DNA of 63,844 nt, filler included, from Chiloscyllium plagiosum (taxonomy: Eukaryota), in NCBI RefSeq assembly GCF_004010195.1. It is 3 parts of one record of this genome, joined end to end, with 100 filler letters (N's around TTAATTAATTAA, not from the genome) between each part and the next. Parts side by side here need not be neighbours in the genome. Positions count along the whole stretch, not along the records: positions 48,721 to 63,844 come from NC_057716.1; 2 more parts are not named here. One strand, 5' to 3'. Both the position numbers and the translations under genes were made by a program. Under the pieces are notes generated by a model. The model worked only from the letters and a program-made list of their open reading frames with translations, was not told where the DNA came from and ran no database searches. Positions 51,175-63,844 of this stretch are shown piece by piece (position 1 is the stretch's first letter; every line of letters begins with the position of its first letter).

Positions 51175-54100
51175 ATAAGACCATAAGACATAGGAGTGGA
51201 CATAAGGCCATTTGGCCCATCGAGTCCATTCTGCAATTTAATTATGGTTGATGGGAATTTCAACTCCACTTCCCGCACTCTCCCAGTAGCCCTTAATTCC
51301 TTGCGAGATTGAGAATTTATCAATCTCTGCCTTGAAGACATTTAACGTCCCAGCCTCCACTGCGCTCCGTGGCAATGAATTCCACAGGGCCACCACTCTC
51401 TGACTGAATAAATGTCTCCTCATTTCCGTTCTAAATTGACCCCCTCTAATTCTAAGGCTGTGCCCACGGGTCCTAGTATCCCCACCTGATGGAAACAAAT
51501 TCCCAGCATCAACCCTTTCTAAGCCATGCATTATCTTATAAGTTTCTATTAGATCTCCCCTCAACTTTCTAAACTCTAACGAATATAATCCCAGGATCCT
51601 CAGCCGTTCATCATATGTTAGGCCTACCATTCCAGAGATTATCCGTGTGAATCTCTGCTGGACATGCTCCAGTGCCAGTATGTCCTTCCTGAGGTGTGGG
51701 GCCCAAATTTGGACTCGATATTCTAAATGGGGCCTAACTAGAACTTTATGAAGTCTCAGACACACATCACTGCTTTTATATTCCAACCCTCTTGAGATAA
51801 ATGACAACATTACATTTGCTTTCTTAATCACGGACTCAACCTGCAAGTCAACCTGAAAATTAACTAGCACTCCCAGATCCCTTTGTATTTCGGCTTTATG
51901 AATTTTCTCACCATTTAGAAAGAAGTCCACTTTTTTCCAAAGTGCAAGACCTCGCATTTGCTCACATTGAATTTCATCAGCCATTTCCTGGACCACTCTC
52001 CTAAACTGTCTAAATCTTTCTGCAGCCTCCCCACCTCCTCAGTATCACCTGCCTGTCCACCTAACTTCGTATCATCAACAAACTTTGTTGGAATGCCCCC
52101 AGTCCCTTCATCCAGATCATGAATATATAAAGTGAACAGTTGTGGCCCCAATACTGAATCCTGCAGGACACCACTTGTCACCAGCTGTCATTCCAAAAAA
52201 GAATATTTTATCCCAACTCTCTGCCTTGTCAGACAGCCAATCCTCAATCCATGCCAGTAGCTCACCTCAAACACCATGGGCCCTCACCTTACTCAGCAAA
52301 CTCCTGTGAGGCACCTTATCAAAGGCCTTTTGGAAGTCTAGTCAGATAACATCCACTGGGTTTCCCTGGTCTAACCTACTTGTTACCTCTTCAAAGAATT
52401 CTAACAGGTTTGTCAGGCACAACCTCCCCTTACTAAATCTATGCTGACTTGTTTTAATCTGACCTTGCACTTCCAAGAATTTGGAAATTTCGACCTTAAC
52501 GATGGATTCTAGAATTTCACCAACAACCGAGGTTAGGCCTATAATTTTCCATCTTTTGTCTTAATCCTTTCTTGAGCAAGGGGGTTACAACAGTGATTTT
52601 CCAATCATCTGAGACTTTCACTGACTCCAGTGACTTTTGAAATATCACAACAATGCCTGCATCATTTCCTCAGCACTCTAGGATGTAGCCCATCGAAGCC
52701 AGGAGATTTATGTTTTTAGACTTTTTAGCTTTTCTAGCACTTTTTCTTCTGTAATGGCTACCATACTCAACTCTGCCCCCTCACTCTCCTTAATTGTTGG
52801 GATATTACTCATGCCTTTCACTGTGAAGACTGACGCAAAATACTTATTAAGTTTTTCAGCTATTTCCTTACCTCCCAGCACTAGCTTTTCTGCATCAGTT
52901 TGGAACAGCCCAATCTCTACTTTTGCCTCTCCTTTGTTTCTTATGTATCAAAAGAAACTTTCACTATCATTTCAAATATTACTGACTCGCTTACCTTCAT
53001 ATTTGATCCTCTCCTTCCTTATTTCTCTCTTTGTTATGTTCTTTCTGTTTTTGTAGTCTCCCCAATCTTCTGATTTCACAGTGCTCTTGGCCACTTTAAA
53101 GGCTCTCTCTTTGATACATTTCCTGACTTCCTATGTCAGTCATGGCTGTCTAAATGCTCACCTCTGCCCCGCCCCTGGATAATCTTTCTTTTTTTTGGGG
53201 TGAACCTCTGTTCTGTGTCCTCAATTACAGCCAGAAACTCGTGCTGTTGTTGCTGTACTGCCTTCCCCGCTAGGTTCTGCTTCCAGTCATTTTTCGTCAG
53301 TTCCTCTCTCATGCCCTTGTAATTACCTTTATTTAACTTTAACACCATTATATCCAATTTTGCCTTCTCTCTTTCAAACTGCAGACTGAACTTTACCATA
53401 TTATGATCACTGCCTCCTAAGTGTTCCCTTACTTTAAGGTCTTTTATAAAGTCTGGCTCATTACAAAGCACTAAGTCCAGAATAGCCTGCTCCCTTGTGG
53501 GCTCCATCACAAACTGCTCCAAAAAGCCATTCTGTAAGCATTCCATGAATTCCTTTTCTTTGGATCCACTGGCAACATTATTCACCCAGTCCACCTGCAT
53601 ATTGAACTCCCCCATGATCACCATGACCTTACCTTTCTGACATGCCCTATCTATTTCCTGGTACATCTAGCACCCATGGTCCTGACCTGTTAGGAGATCT
53701 GTACATAACTCCCATTATGGTGTTTTTGCCTTTGTGGTTCCTCAACTCAACCCACACAGACTCCACATCATCTGACTCTATGTCATTCAGTGCCATAGAT
53801 TTAATTTCATTCTTAACTAACAAGGCCACCCTGCCCCCTCTGCCCACCTCCCTGTCTTTTTGATAAGTTGTAAATCCTTGGATGTTTAACTGCCAACCCC
53901 CTGCAACCACCTCTCTGTAATGCCTACCACACCATAATCATTCACAAAGATTTGTGCCGTTAATTCATCTACTTTATTATGAATACTACGAGCATTCAGG
54001 TAAAGCGCTTTAGTGCTAATTTTATTATCCTCATAATTTCCAACATCTCTTGTAATATGTCCTAAGTTATCCTTCCTTTTTGCTTCATTCCTGGTCTGCC

Positions 54101-54288
54101 TTGAACTTAAACCCTGCACACATGCTAATCTGCTGCTTATCTTTTTTCTTGACCTCACGCTCCCTGTTGCTTTCCCTTTCCCTTCCCCCAGACTCACAAG
54201 TTTAAAGTCCTAGTGACAACCCTATTTATCCTTTTCGCTAGAACACTGGTTCTAGATTGGTTCAGGTGGAGACTGTCCCATCGGTACA
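51175..54288 (-). mobile_element. Near-full-length decayed CR1 ORF2 (APE endonuclease, RT, C-terminus)
   Basis: YLNARSI, GRGGRVALLVK, GEFN, ILDLVL, GSDH, SGVLQDSVLGP, FVDDTK and C-terminal motifs in order; multiple frameshifts. Confidence 0.9.
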
Positions 54289-54809
54289 GAGTCATAGAGG
54301 TGTACAGCATGGAAACAGACCCTTTGGTCCAACCCATCCATGCCGATCAGACATCCCAACCCAATCTAGTCCCACCTGCCAGCACCTGGCCCATAGCTCT
54401 CCAAACCCTTCCTATTCATATATATCCTTGAATGTTCTGACAGTTGAAGTGCTCATCCCAATATTTTCTAACGTTTGTAAGGTTTCCAGCCTCCATTACC
54501 TTCCCCGGCAGTGCATTCCAGATTCTCACCACCAACTGTGTGAAATCTTTTTTTCCCAACTCTCCTCTAAACTTCATGCCTATTACCCTAAAACTGTGCC
54601 CTCTCATGAGTGGCACCTCAACTAAGGGGAACAGCGATTCTCTATTTATCCTGTTCATACCCCTCATAATCTTATTTACCACAATCATGTCCTTCACCGT
54701 CTTCTCTGCACAAAATAAACAATCTAAGCCTATCTAGTCTCTCCTTGCAGTTAGGTTTTTCCATCTTGGGCCAGATCCTGGTGAACCTCCTCTGTACCCC
54801 CCCTAGTGT

Positions 54810-55612
54810 TACCACGCTCCCCCCCCCCACTAACCCACTCTCCACTCCCAACACTTTCCTTGCCACTGCAAGAGGTGCCAAACCTGTGCCCACACCTCCC
54901 CCTGCACCCCATCCAAGGTCCCAAAGAATCCTTTCACATCCGGAAGAGATTTTCCTGCACATCCAAACTCAGTTACACTCGATGTGGTCTCCTGTACTCA
55001 GAGAGACAGGATACCAACTTGGGGAACTTTTCAGAGAACATCTCCGGGACACACACACTAAAATACCCCACTGCCCTGTAGCCAACCACTTCAACTCCCC
55101 CTCCCACTCCGCGAAGTGTAAGATTTGGGCCTCCTCCACCACTGAATCCTAGCCAATCGACGACTGGAGAAGAACACCACATCTTCTGCCCAGGGACCCT
55201 CCAACCACACAGAATCAATGGTCGATTTCACCAGTTTCCTCACCTTCACTCCCTCCACCTTATCACAGATCCAACCCTCCAACTGCCCTCTTGAACTGTC
55301 CTACCTGTCCATTTTCCTTCCCACGTATCTGCTCCACCCTCCGGTCCGACATATTACCATCACCTTCCACTTTCATCTGCCTATCACATTCCTAGCTACC
55401 TCTTCCCCAGCCCCACACACTTCTCATTTATCTCTCAGCCTCCTTAGGTCCTGGTTCCCTCCCCTCCCCCCCAACCCCAGGACATTCCTGATGAAGATCT
55501 TATGCTCGAAACGTCGACTTTCTGCTTCTTGGATGCTGCCTGACCTGCTGTGCTTTTCCAGCGCTATACTTTCTAACTCTGATCTCCAACATCTGCAGTC
55601 CTCACTTTCTCT
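54810..55612 (+). mobile_element. PLE family A 3' part: GIY-YIG remnant, pyrimidine-rich tract, hammerhead-bearing terminus
   Basis: RCGLLY..ETGYQLGELFREHLR..PVANHFNSPSHS; CTGATGAAGATCTTATGCTCGAAACGTC near 55488. Confidence 0.78.
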
Positions 55613-57229
55613 TAAACTCTACGCCACAACTGATGAAAGCAAGTGTCCCACATACCTTCTTAACTATCCTATTTACATGCTCTGCCGACTTCAGGGATCT
55701 GTGAATAATTACCCAAGATTCCTCTGTTCGCGTAAGTTATCCAGTGTCCTGTCATTCATTAAATACTCTCTCATCTTGTTTCTTCATCCAAAGTGCATTA
55801 CCTCACACTTGTCAGGATTAAATACTCCCTACCTCTGGTCTACCCATCTGATCAACCCATCTATATCTTCCTATAACATACAACCATCTTTTTTGTGACA
55901 AACCACCCTAACAATCTTGGTGTTTTCTGCAAATTTGCTTAACATTCCCCCCAAATATTTATCCATATCATTTATGTATTTAACAAACAATAAAGGTGAT
56001 TCTTTTGGTGCATCGCTGGACACCGGCCTCCAGACACTCAAACAGCCTTTTACTACTATCCTTGTGTCTTATTACTAACCGGTTTCTGATGCATCTCGCC
56101 AAGTTCCCCTCAATTCTATTTCCCTTCTCAATCAGTTTCCCATGTGGGACCTTGTCAAAAGTTTTACTAAAATCCATATATTACATCAACTAAATTCTCT
56201 CATCCACACACTTGATCACATTTTCAAAAAAATTCTAACAAATTTGTTAGGCATGATCTTCCCTGACAAAGCCATGCTGATCATCACTAATTCACTCATG
56301 CCTTTTCAGATGAGTATTGATTTGCTCCTTCAGAATTTTCTCCAATAGTTTCCCGAGCATTGATGTGAGGCTCACGGTGGTCTGTAATTTTCTGGTTCAT
56401 CTCTACCACTCCTCTTAAAAAGGAGAGCCACATTAACCACCCTTCAATCCTCTGGCACTTCCCCTGAGGCTTGAGAGGAATTAAAAATTTGTTGTCAGAC
56501 CCCCTGCGATTTCCTGTCTCACTTCCCACAGCAGCCTGCGATGCAATTCATCCGAGCCAGGGGATTTCTCTATTTTTAAGCCAAACAGGGCCTCTCATAC
56601 CTTCCCATTTCCTATGTCAAACTGTGAAAGTTCCTCCAATCCCTTTTGCTGAATTCTATACCTACATTCTTAATATCCAGATTAATGTCTTCCCTGGAAA
56701 TTACAAACAAAAATATCACTGGAAAAGCTCAGCTGATCTGACACCATGTATGGAAAGAAAACAGAATTAATGTTTTGGGTCCAGTAGCCCTTAGTATACT
56801 CTATCTTCCCATTTTTGCTACCACAGTGTATACCCTTACAATGGTCCACATTGTACCATTGGCCAAACATTTACTCACTTATTTAACTTGTCCAAATCAC
56901 ACTGAAGCACCTCTTCATCCTCCTCCATCATCCTCATACCCTCCCAACTTTGTGTTGCCTACAAACATGGAGATAAGACATGCAGTTTCCTCATCTAAAT
57001 CACTAATATAAATTTTGAATAGCAGGGGTCTAAGCACTGATCCTTGAGGTGCCCTGGTATTGCCTGCCTGCCACTTGAAAAGAAGAACTGTATATTGCTA
57101 CCTTTTATTTTTTATCTGCCAATCAGTTCTCTATCCATGTCATTTATTAACCAAATCCCATCTGTTTTAATTTTACATGCTAAACTCTTAAGTGAGGACT
57201 TATCGAAATCCTTTTGAAAATTCAAGGAA

Positions 57230-59040
57230 GCCACAGCCGCATGGAAGATACAGAATGTGGGGAAATAAACGGTGCCATCTTGAAAAATGTCCATATTACA
57301 AACAAGGAGGTGCTGGATGTCTTAAAAAACATAAATGTGGATAAATCCCCAGGACCTGATCAGGTATACCGTAGAACTCTGGGAAGCTAGGGAGGTGATT
57401 GGTAGACCCCTGGCTGAGATATTTGAATCATCAATAGTCACAGGTGAGGTGCCGGAAGACTGGAGGTTGGCTAATGTGGTGTCACAATTTTAAAAAGGTG
57501 ATAAGGAAACGCCAGGGAATTATACACCAGTGAGCCTGGCATCGGTGGTGGGCAAGTTGTTGGCGGGAATCCTGAGGGACAGGATTTACATGTTTTTGGG
57601 AAGGCAAGGACTGATTAGGGATAGTCAGCATAGCTTTGCGTGTGAGCAGTCATGTCTCACTAACTTAAATCAGTTTTTGAAGAAGTAATGAAGAAGACTG
57701 ATGAGGGCAGAGCAGTGGACATGATCTGTATGGACTTCAGTAAGGCGTTTGACAAAATTCTGCATCGTAGACTGATTAGCTTGGTTAGATCACATTGAAT
57801 ATAGGGACAACTTACTATTCGGATACAAAACTGGCTCGAAGATAGAAGACAGAGGGTGGTGGTGAAAGGTTGCTTTTCAGACTGGAGGACTGTGACCAAT
57901 GGTGTGCCACGTGGATCGGTGCTGGAACCACTGTTTTCTATCATTTATACAAATGATTTGGATGTGAGCATAGGAGGTATAGTTAGTAAGTTGCAGATGA
58001 CACCAAAATTAAAGGTGTAATGGACAGCGAAGAAGGTTTCCTCAGAATACAATGGGATCTTGATCAGATGGGCCAATGGGCTGGGAAATGAAGATGGAGT
58101 TTAATTTAGATAAATGTGAGATGCTTCACTTTGGAAAGGCAAATCAAACAGGACTTGTACAATTAATGATGAAGAGCTTGTACACTTCCTGATGAAGGGC
58201 TTATGCTTGAAACATTGATTCTCCTGCTCCTCAGATGCTGCCTGACCTGCTTTGCTTTATCAGCATCACATTCTTGACTTGGATCTCCAGCATCTGCTTG
58301 TACACTTAATGGTAAGGTCCTGGGGAGTGCTGATGAACAAAGAGACCTTGGAGTGCAGGTTCATAGTTCCTTGAAAATGTAGTCTCAGGTTTTTTAGGAT
58401 ACTGAAAAAGGCATTTAGTATGCTTTGCTTTATTGATCAGAGGATTGAGTACAGGGGTTGGGAGGTCAAGTTGCGGCTGTACCGAGCATTGGTTAGGGCA
58501 CTTTTGGAATATTGCGTGCAATTCTAGTCTCCCTGCTAGAGGAAGGATGTTGTGAAACTTGAACAGGTTCAGAAAAGATTAACAAGGATGTTGCCAGGGT
58601 TGGAAGGTTTGTGCTATCGGGAGAGGCTGAATAGACTGGGGCTGTTTTCCCTAGAGCGTTAAGAGTCTGAGGGGTGACCTTATAGAGGTTTATACAATCA
58701 TGAGGAGCACAGATAGGGTAAATAGACAAGGTCTTTTCCTGGGGTGGAGAGTCCAGAACTAGAGGGCATAGGTTTAGGATGAGAGGGGAAAGATTTAAAA
58801 GGGATGTAAGGGGCAAGTTTTCACACAAAAGTTGGTGTGTACGTGGCATGAGCTGTCAGAGGAAGTGGTGGAGGCTGGTACAATTGCGACATTTGAAAGG
58901 CATGTGGATGGATATATAAGTAGGAAGGGTTTAGAGAGATATGGGCCAAGTGCTGGCAAATGATACTAGATTAATTTAGGACATCTGGTTGGCATGGATG
59001 AGTTGGACCATAGTCTGTTTTCATGCTGTACATCTCTATG
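57230..59040 (+). mobile_element. CR1/HER1-type LINE, decayed, with single-arm PLE insert at 58188-58295
   Basis: Homologous to 44630-46355. Insert has TSD GCTTGTACACTT at 58176-58187 and 58296-58307. Confidence 0.85.
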
Positions 59041-59094
59041 ATAACACTGTATAACACTGGCTCTGTCTTATCTTCTCTACATTTTTTAAAGATT

Positions 59095-60515
59095 TCTTGT
59101 GAGACATGGGACATGGGCATTGCTGACTGGGCTATCATTTATTCCCCATCCCAATTTGCCATTGTGAAAGGATGGTGATCTGCCTTCTTGAACTGCTGCA
59201 GTCCATGTACTGTAGGTAGACCCACAGTGCTGCTCAGGAGTGAATTTCAGGATTTTACCCAAGTGATAGTGATGGAACATGATATATTTCAAAGTTAGAA
59301 TGGTGAGTGGCTTGGAGAAGAACATGCAGGTGGTGGTGGTGTTCCCATGTCTCTGCTGCCTTATCCTTCTAGATGGATGTTGTCATGGGTTTGCAAGGTG
59401 CCCTCTCAGAATCTTTGGTGATCTACTGCAGTGCATCTTGTAGATAATACAAAACCAAAATGCTGAAAATAATTCAGCAGGTCTGGCAACATCTGTAGAG
59501 AGAAATCAGAGTTAATGTTTCGGGTCCAGTGATCCTTCTTTAGAACTCAATAATACACTAGATAGTACACATTTCTGCTACTGAATGTCAGTGGTGGAGT
59601 GAGTGAATATTTGTGGATGTGGTGTTAATCAAGCATGCTACATTGTCCTGGATAGTATCAAACTTCTCGATATTGTTGGAGATACACCCATCTAGACAAG
59701 TGGGGAGTATTCCATCACGCTCCTGACTTATACCTTGTAGATGGTGGATAGGCTTTGGGAATCAGTCTTCCTCATCTCTGACCTGTTCTTGTAGCCACTG
59801 CATTTATGTGGCAATTCCCATTCAGATTCTGGTCATTGATAACTCCTTGGATATTGATAGAGAGGGATTCAGTTATGGTAATGTCATTGAATATTAAGGA
59901 GTGATGGTTATGTTGTCCCTTATTGGAGATGGTCATTGCTTGGCATTTGTGTGTTGGGAATGTTATTTATCATTTGTCAGCTCAAGCCTGGATATTGTCC
60001 AGTTCTTACTGTATTTGGAAATGGATTACTTTTGTAGCTGAAGCTGTAATGAAGTCAGGAGCTGAGTGGTCCTGGTGGAATCCAAACACGGTGTCACTAA
60101 GCAGGTTATTGCTGAGCAGGTGCTGCTTGATAGCACTGTTTACTGACACCTTTCATCGTTTTACTGATGAGTGACAGGAGACTGATGGGGCATTAGTTTG
60201 TTGGGTTGGATTTGTCCTGCCTTTTTTGTATACAATTTATCCAAATACTTTTCCACATTGTCGTTTCAATGCCAATTTTGTGGCTGTGTTGGGTCACTTC
60301 AGCTAGGGGTGCATACATTCTGGAGCATAAGTCTTCAGTACTATTGTCAGAATGTTGTCAGAGCCCAAAGTCTTTGCAGAATCCTATCCCTCCAACTATT
60401 TCTTGACATCATGTGGAGTGAGTTAAATTGGCTGAAGACTGGCATTTGTGATGGTTGGGACCTCTGCAAGAGGCTGAGACGGATCATCCCGAAGCATTCT
60501 GGCTCCAGATTGTTG
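59095..60515 (-). mobile_element. Old LINE of a different CR1/L2-group family
   Basis: Reverse strand reads PQSLSTIYKV..SVMEYSPL-like. Its 3' tail (GGGAATAAATG..GCAATGCCCATGTCCC) resembles the second SINE family tail. Clade uncertain. Confidence 0.6.
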
Positions 60516-60604
60516 TGACTAAGAGAGCAAAGGACAGTATCAGCATGGGAATAGGCCCTTTGGCCCTTCAAGCCTGCGCTGACCCATTTTGCCCTTCTAT
60601 ACTG

Positions 60605-61955
60605 AATTGAATTGAATTGATTGTCACGTGTACCAAGGCACTTGAAAAGCTTTGTCTTGCGAGCAATACAGGCAGTTCACAGAGTTAAGCAGCATAGGTA
60701 AGTAAATAATAGATAAAGAGCGGCAAAATCAAAATCACAGGTACAGGTGAATGTTAAGGATTTGTGAGTCCATTCTATATTCTAACTGAAACTGTAACGA
60801 AACCGGCTGGAGCATGTGTTCAGGCTTCTGTACCTTCTCTCCGAGGGTAGAGGTTGTAGAAAAGCATTGCCAAGGTGGGATGGATCTTTGAGAATGCTGG
60901 TGGCCTTTCATGGACAGCGGGCCTGGTAGGTGGATTTCATCCATCGAAAAACAAAACCACAGGTACAGGCGAATGTTAAGAGTTTGTGAGTCCATTCACT
61001 ATTCTAACAACAGGAGGGTAGAAACTGTTGCGACACACGCTGGTGCGTGTGTTCAGGCTCCTGTACCTTCTCGCCGATGGTAGAGGTTGTAGAAAACATT
61101 GCCAGGGATCTTTAGGAATACTGGTGGCTTTTCTTTGACAGCAGGCCTGATGGATGGATTCTATAGATGGGAGGTTGGCCTTTGTGATTGTCTGGGCTGA
61201 GTTCACCACACTCTGTAACCGTCTCCGATCTTGAATGGTACAGTTGCCATACCAGGTAGTGATACATCCAGACAGAATGCCCTTGATGCCGCACCTATAA
61301 GAGTTGGCAAGGGTATTCGCCGACATCCTCAATTTCCTCAGCTGATTGAGGAAGAAGAGACATTGTTGGGCCTTTGTAACCAGTATGTCCACATGAAGAG
61401 TCCAAGAAAGCTTGTTGTGGATGACCACTCCCGGGAGCTTGACACTCTCCACTCAATCCACCTCTGTGCTGTTAATGTGTGTGTGTGGGTGGGGGGGGGG
61501 GGGCGCATGAGTAACATCCCGCTGAAAGTCAATAATGAGTTCCTTGGTTTTGCTGGCATTGAGAGCTAGGTTGTTCTCACTCAGTGCACCATTCTTTCAG
61601 GTCTTCCACCTCCCGTCTGTAGTCTGTTTTGTTGCCATCTGAGATTCAACTGACTATGGTGGTGTCATCAGCGAACTTGTAAATGGCATTAGTCTGGTAT
61701 TTGGTGACACAGTCATGGGTACACAGTGAGTACAGAAGGCGGCTGAGTACGCACCCCTGGGGGGCTCCACTGTTGAGTGTTAGTGAAAATGAAATATTAT
61801 CCCCAATCTTCACTGATTGTGGTCTCTGGGTCAGGAAACTGAGAATCCAGTTGCAGAGAGTGGGGCTTAGTCGAAGATCACTACGTTTAGTAATTCAGTC
61901 TCGAGGGGGTAATAGTGTTGAAGGCTGAACTGTAGTCAATGAGTAGGATTCTTAC
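60605..61955 (-). mobile_element. Rex1/Babar-type LINE 3' part
   Basis: [17 protein letters not shown], then KLSWTLHVDILVTKAQQCLFFLNQLRK..ILSGCITTWYGNC; duplicated 3' segment at about 60730-60960. Confidence 0.8.
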
Positions 61956-62349
61956 GTTCTTACTAAAACTGGATTCACTTACAGGATCCATATCCCTCTA
62001 TTCCCTTTCTATTCATGTATTCGTCCAGGTGCTTCTTGAATGCTGCTATTGTGACTGCTTCCACTAACTCCTCTATAGACAGGCAGGACGCTGGAAGAAC
62101 ACAGCAAGCCAGGCAACATCAGGAGGTGGAGAAGTCGACGTTTCGGGTCCAGACATTCACCATCCTTTATGTGAAAAACGTGCCTTGGCTCCTAGTAAAC
62201 CTTTTCTGTATCCTCTCCAAAGCATCCACATCCGTCTGGTAGTGTGGTGACCAAAACTGTCTGCAGTAGTCCAAGTGTGGCCTAACTAAAGTTCAAAAAG
62301 CTGCAGCATAACTTGTCTATCCTTATAGTCAGTGCCCCTTCCAATTAAT

Positions 62350-62985
62350 TGGAGATGCCGGTGTTGGACTGGGATGTACAAAGTTAAAAATCACACAACA
62401 CCAGGTTATAGTCCAACAGGTTTAATTGGAAGCACACTAGCTTTCAGAGCGCTGCTCCTTCATCAGGTGATAGTGAAGGGCTCGATCGTAACACAGAATT
62501 TATAGCAAAAATTTACAGTGTGATGTAACTGAAATTATACATTGAAAAATTGATTGTTAAGCCTTTCATCTATTAGAATACAGTGGTAGTTTCACTTCTT
62601 TCATGTGTAAATCACCAAACCTTTTTTTTTAAAAAGTTGTATTCTCGGGTTAGCTGTTAACAATGGTGATAACTAGACAATATGTTGAAGGCGTTAGCCC
62701 CCTGTGTTCTCTGTCTATGACCTGATGTTTAGATTGATTCTAATCTAAAAAGTGAGATAACGGAGTTTTACATAAATTCATGCAGTTTTTGAGCTCAGAG
62801 TTCTACATGAATGTATGCAGTTTTTGAGAAAAGTACAATGTAACTCTGCAAGTACAAAAAAAATCACCATACAAAATATATGTGTGTGCATGTGGGTCTT
62901 TGTCTGTCTGTCTGGATTGGGGGTTGTGAGTGTCAGAAAGTGTATGTGTGTGTGTGTAGTGACTGCAAAGTGTCTTAAGTCAACT
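62350..62985 (-). mobile_element. 3' end of a fourth PLE-like family (D)
   Basis: Terminal unit contains a hammerhead motif. No ORF seen in this copy, so PLE identity is inferred. Confidence 0.55.
62435..62469 (-). ncRNA. Minimal type-I hammerhead ribozyme motif
   Basis: CAC-CUGAUGA-A-GGAGC(AGC)GCUCU-GAAAG-CUA-GUG: stem I CAC/GUG, palindromic stem III AGCU. Confidence 0.7.
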
Positions 62986-62989
62986 TTTC

Positions 62990-63844
62990 AACTTCCCAAA
63001 TATTGATTGGAAGCTCTTTAGATCGAGTAGATTGGATGGGGCAGTGTTTGTGCAGTGTGTCCAGGAAGCTTTTCTAACTCTATGTAGATTGTACGACCAG
63101 AGGGGAGGCCATATTGGATTTGGTACTTGGTAACGAACCGGGACAAGTGATGGGCTTGTTAGTGGGTGAACATTTTGGTGATGGTGACGACAATTCTGTG
63201 ACTTTCACCTTGGTTATGGAGAGAGATAGGTGCGTGCAACAGGGTAGGTTTTACAATTGGGGGAAGGGTCATTATGATGCTGTAAGACAGGAATCGAGGA
63301 GCATACGTTGGGAGCATAGGCTGTCAGGGAAGGATGTCGTGGAAATGTGTAACTTTTTCAAGGAACAGATACAGGGTAGGTTTTACAATTGGGGGAAGGG
63401 TCATTATGATGCTGTAAGACAGGAATCGAGGAGCATACGTTGGGAGCATAGGCTGTCAGGGAAGGATGTCGTGGAAATGTGTAACTTTTTCAAGGAACAG
63501 ATACGACGAGTCCTTGATATGTATGTACCTGTCAGGCAGGAAAGAAATGGTCGTGTGAAGGAACCTTGGTTGACGAGGGAGGTTGAATGTCTTGTAAAGA
63601 GGAAGAAAGAGGCTTACATAAGGTTGAGGAAACAGGGTTCAGACAGAGCAGTGGAGGGATACAGGATAGCCAGAAGGGACCTGAAGAAAGGGATTAGGAG
63701 AGCCAAGAGAGGGCATGAAAAATCTCTGGCGGATAGGATCAAGGATAACCCAAAGGCATTTTATGCGTATGTGAGAAACATGAGAATGACGAGAACAAGG
63801 GTAGGTCCGATCAAGGACAGTAGTGGGAGAATGTGTATTGAGTC
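62990..63844 (+). mobile_element. CR1 ORF2 endonuclease end and linker, continuing past the window end
   Basis: RPTRGEAILDLVLGNEPGQV..EHFGDGD; ADRIKDNPKAFYAYVR. Contains a 132-bp exact tandem duplication. Confidence 0.85.

Noticed and set aside
55218..55898. 226-aa plus-strand ORF
   Set aside because: Runs through a pyrimidine-rich PLE tail and antisense CR1; low complexity with no domain motif.

Overview
Eukaryotic (vertebrate) genomic DNA, most likely a cartilaginous fish (shark), inferred from HE1-type SINEs and HER1/CR1-type LINEs. The one host gene I can support is SMARCAL1 (HARP-domain SNF2 annealing helicase) on the minus strand. Eight coding exons with GT-AG boundaries and matching phases were read directly: 31023-31304, 26557-26740, 24988-25138, 22802-22963, 18950-19015, 18595-18735, 13665-13883 and 4635-4705. 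I found neither the 5' exons nor the 3' exons, and one expected 51-nt HARP2 exon is missing, probably inside an assembly gap. The rest is mostly intronic retroelement sequence: decayed CR1 LINEs on both strands, HE1-like tRNA SINEs, Rex1/Babar LINE pieces and several Penelope-like element (PLE) families. The most notable signal is that each PLE terminus carries a minimal type-I hammerhead ribozyme motif (CUGANGA-N-stemII-GAAA-palindromic stemIII-NUH), with compensatory changes between families. Many occur as short, TSD-flanked fold-back or single-arm mini-elements inside the SMARCAL1 introns. Two 100-nt gaps contain an artificial TTAATTAATTAA linker. Repeat boundaries are approximate and were read by eye.
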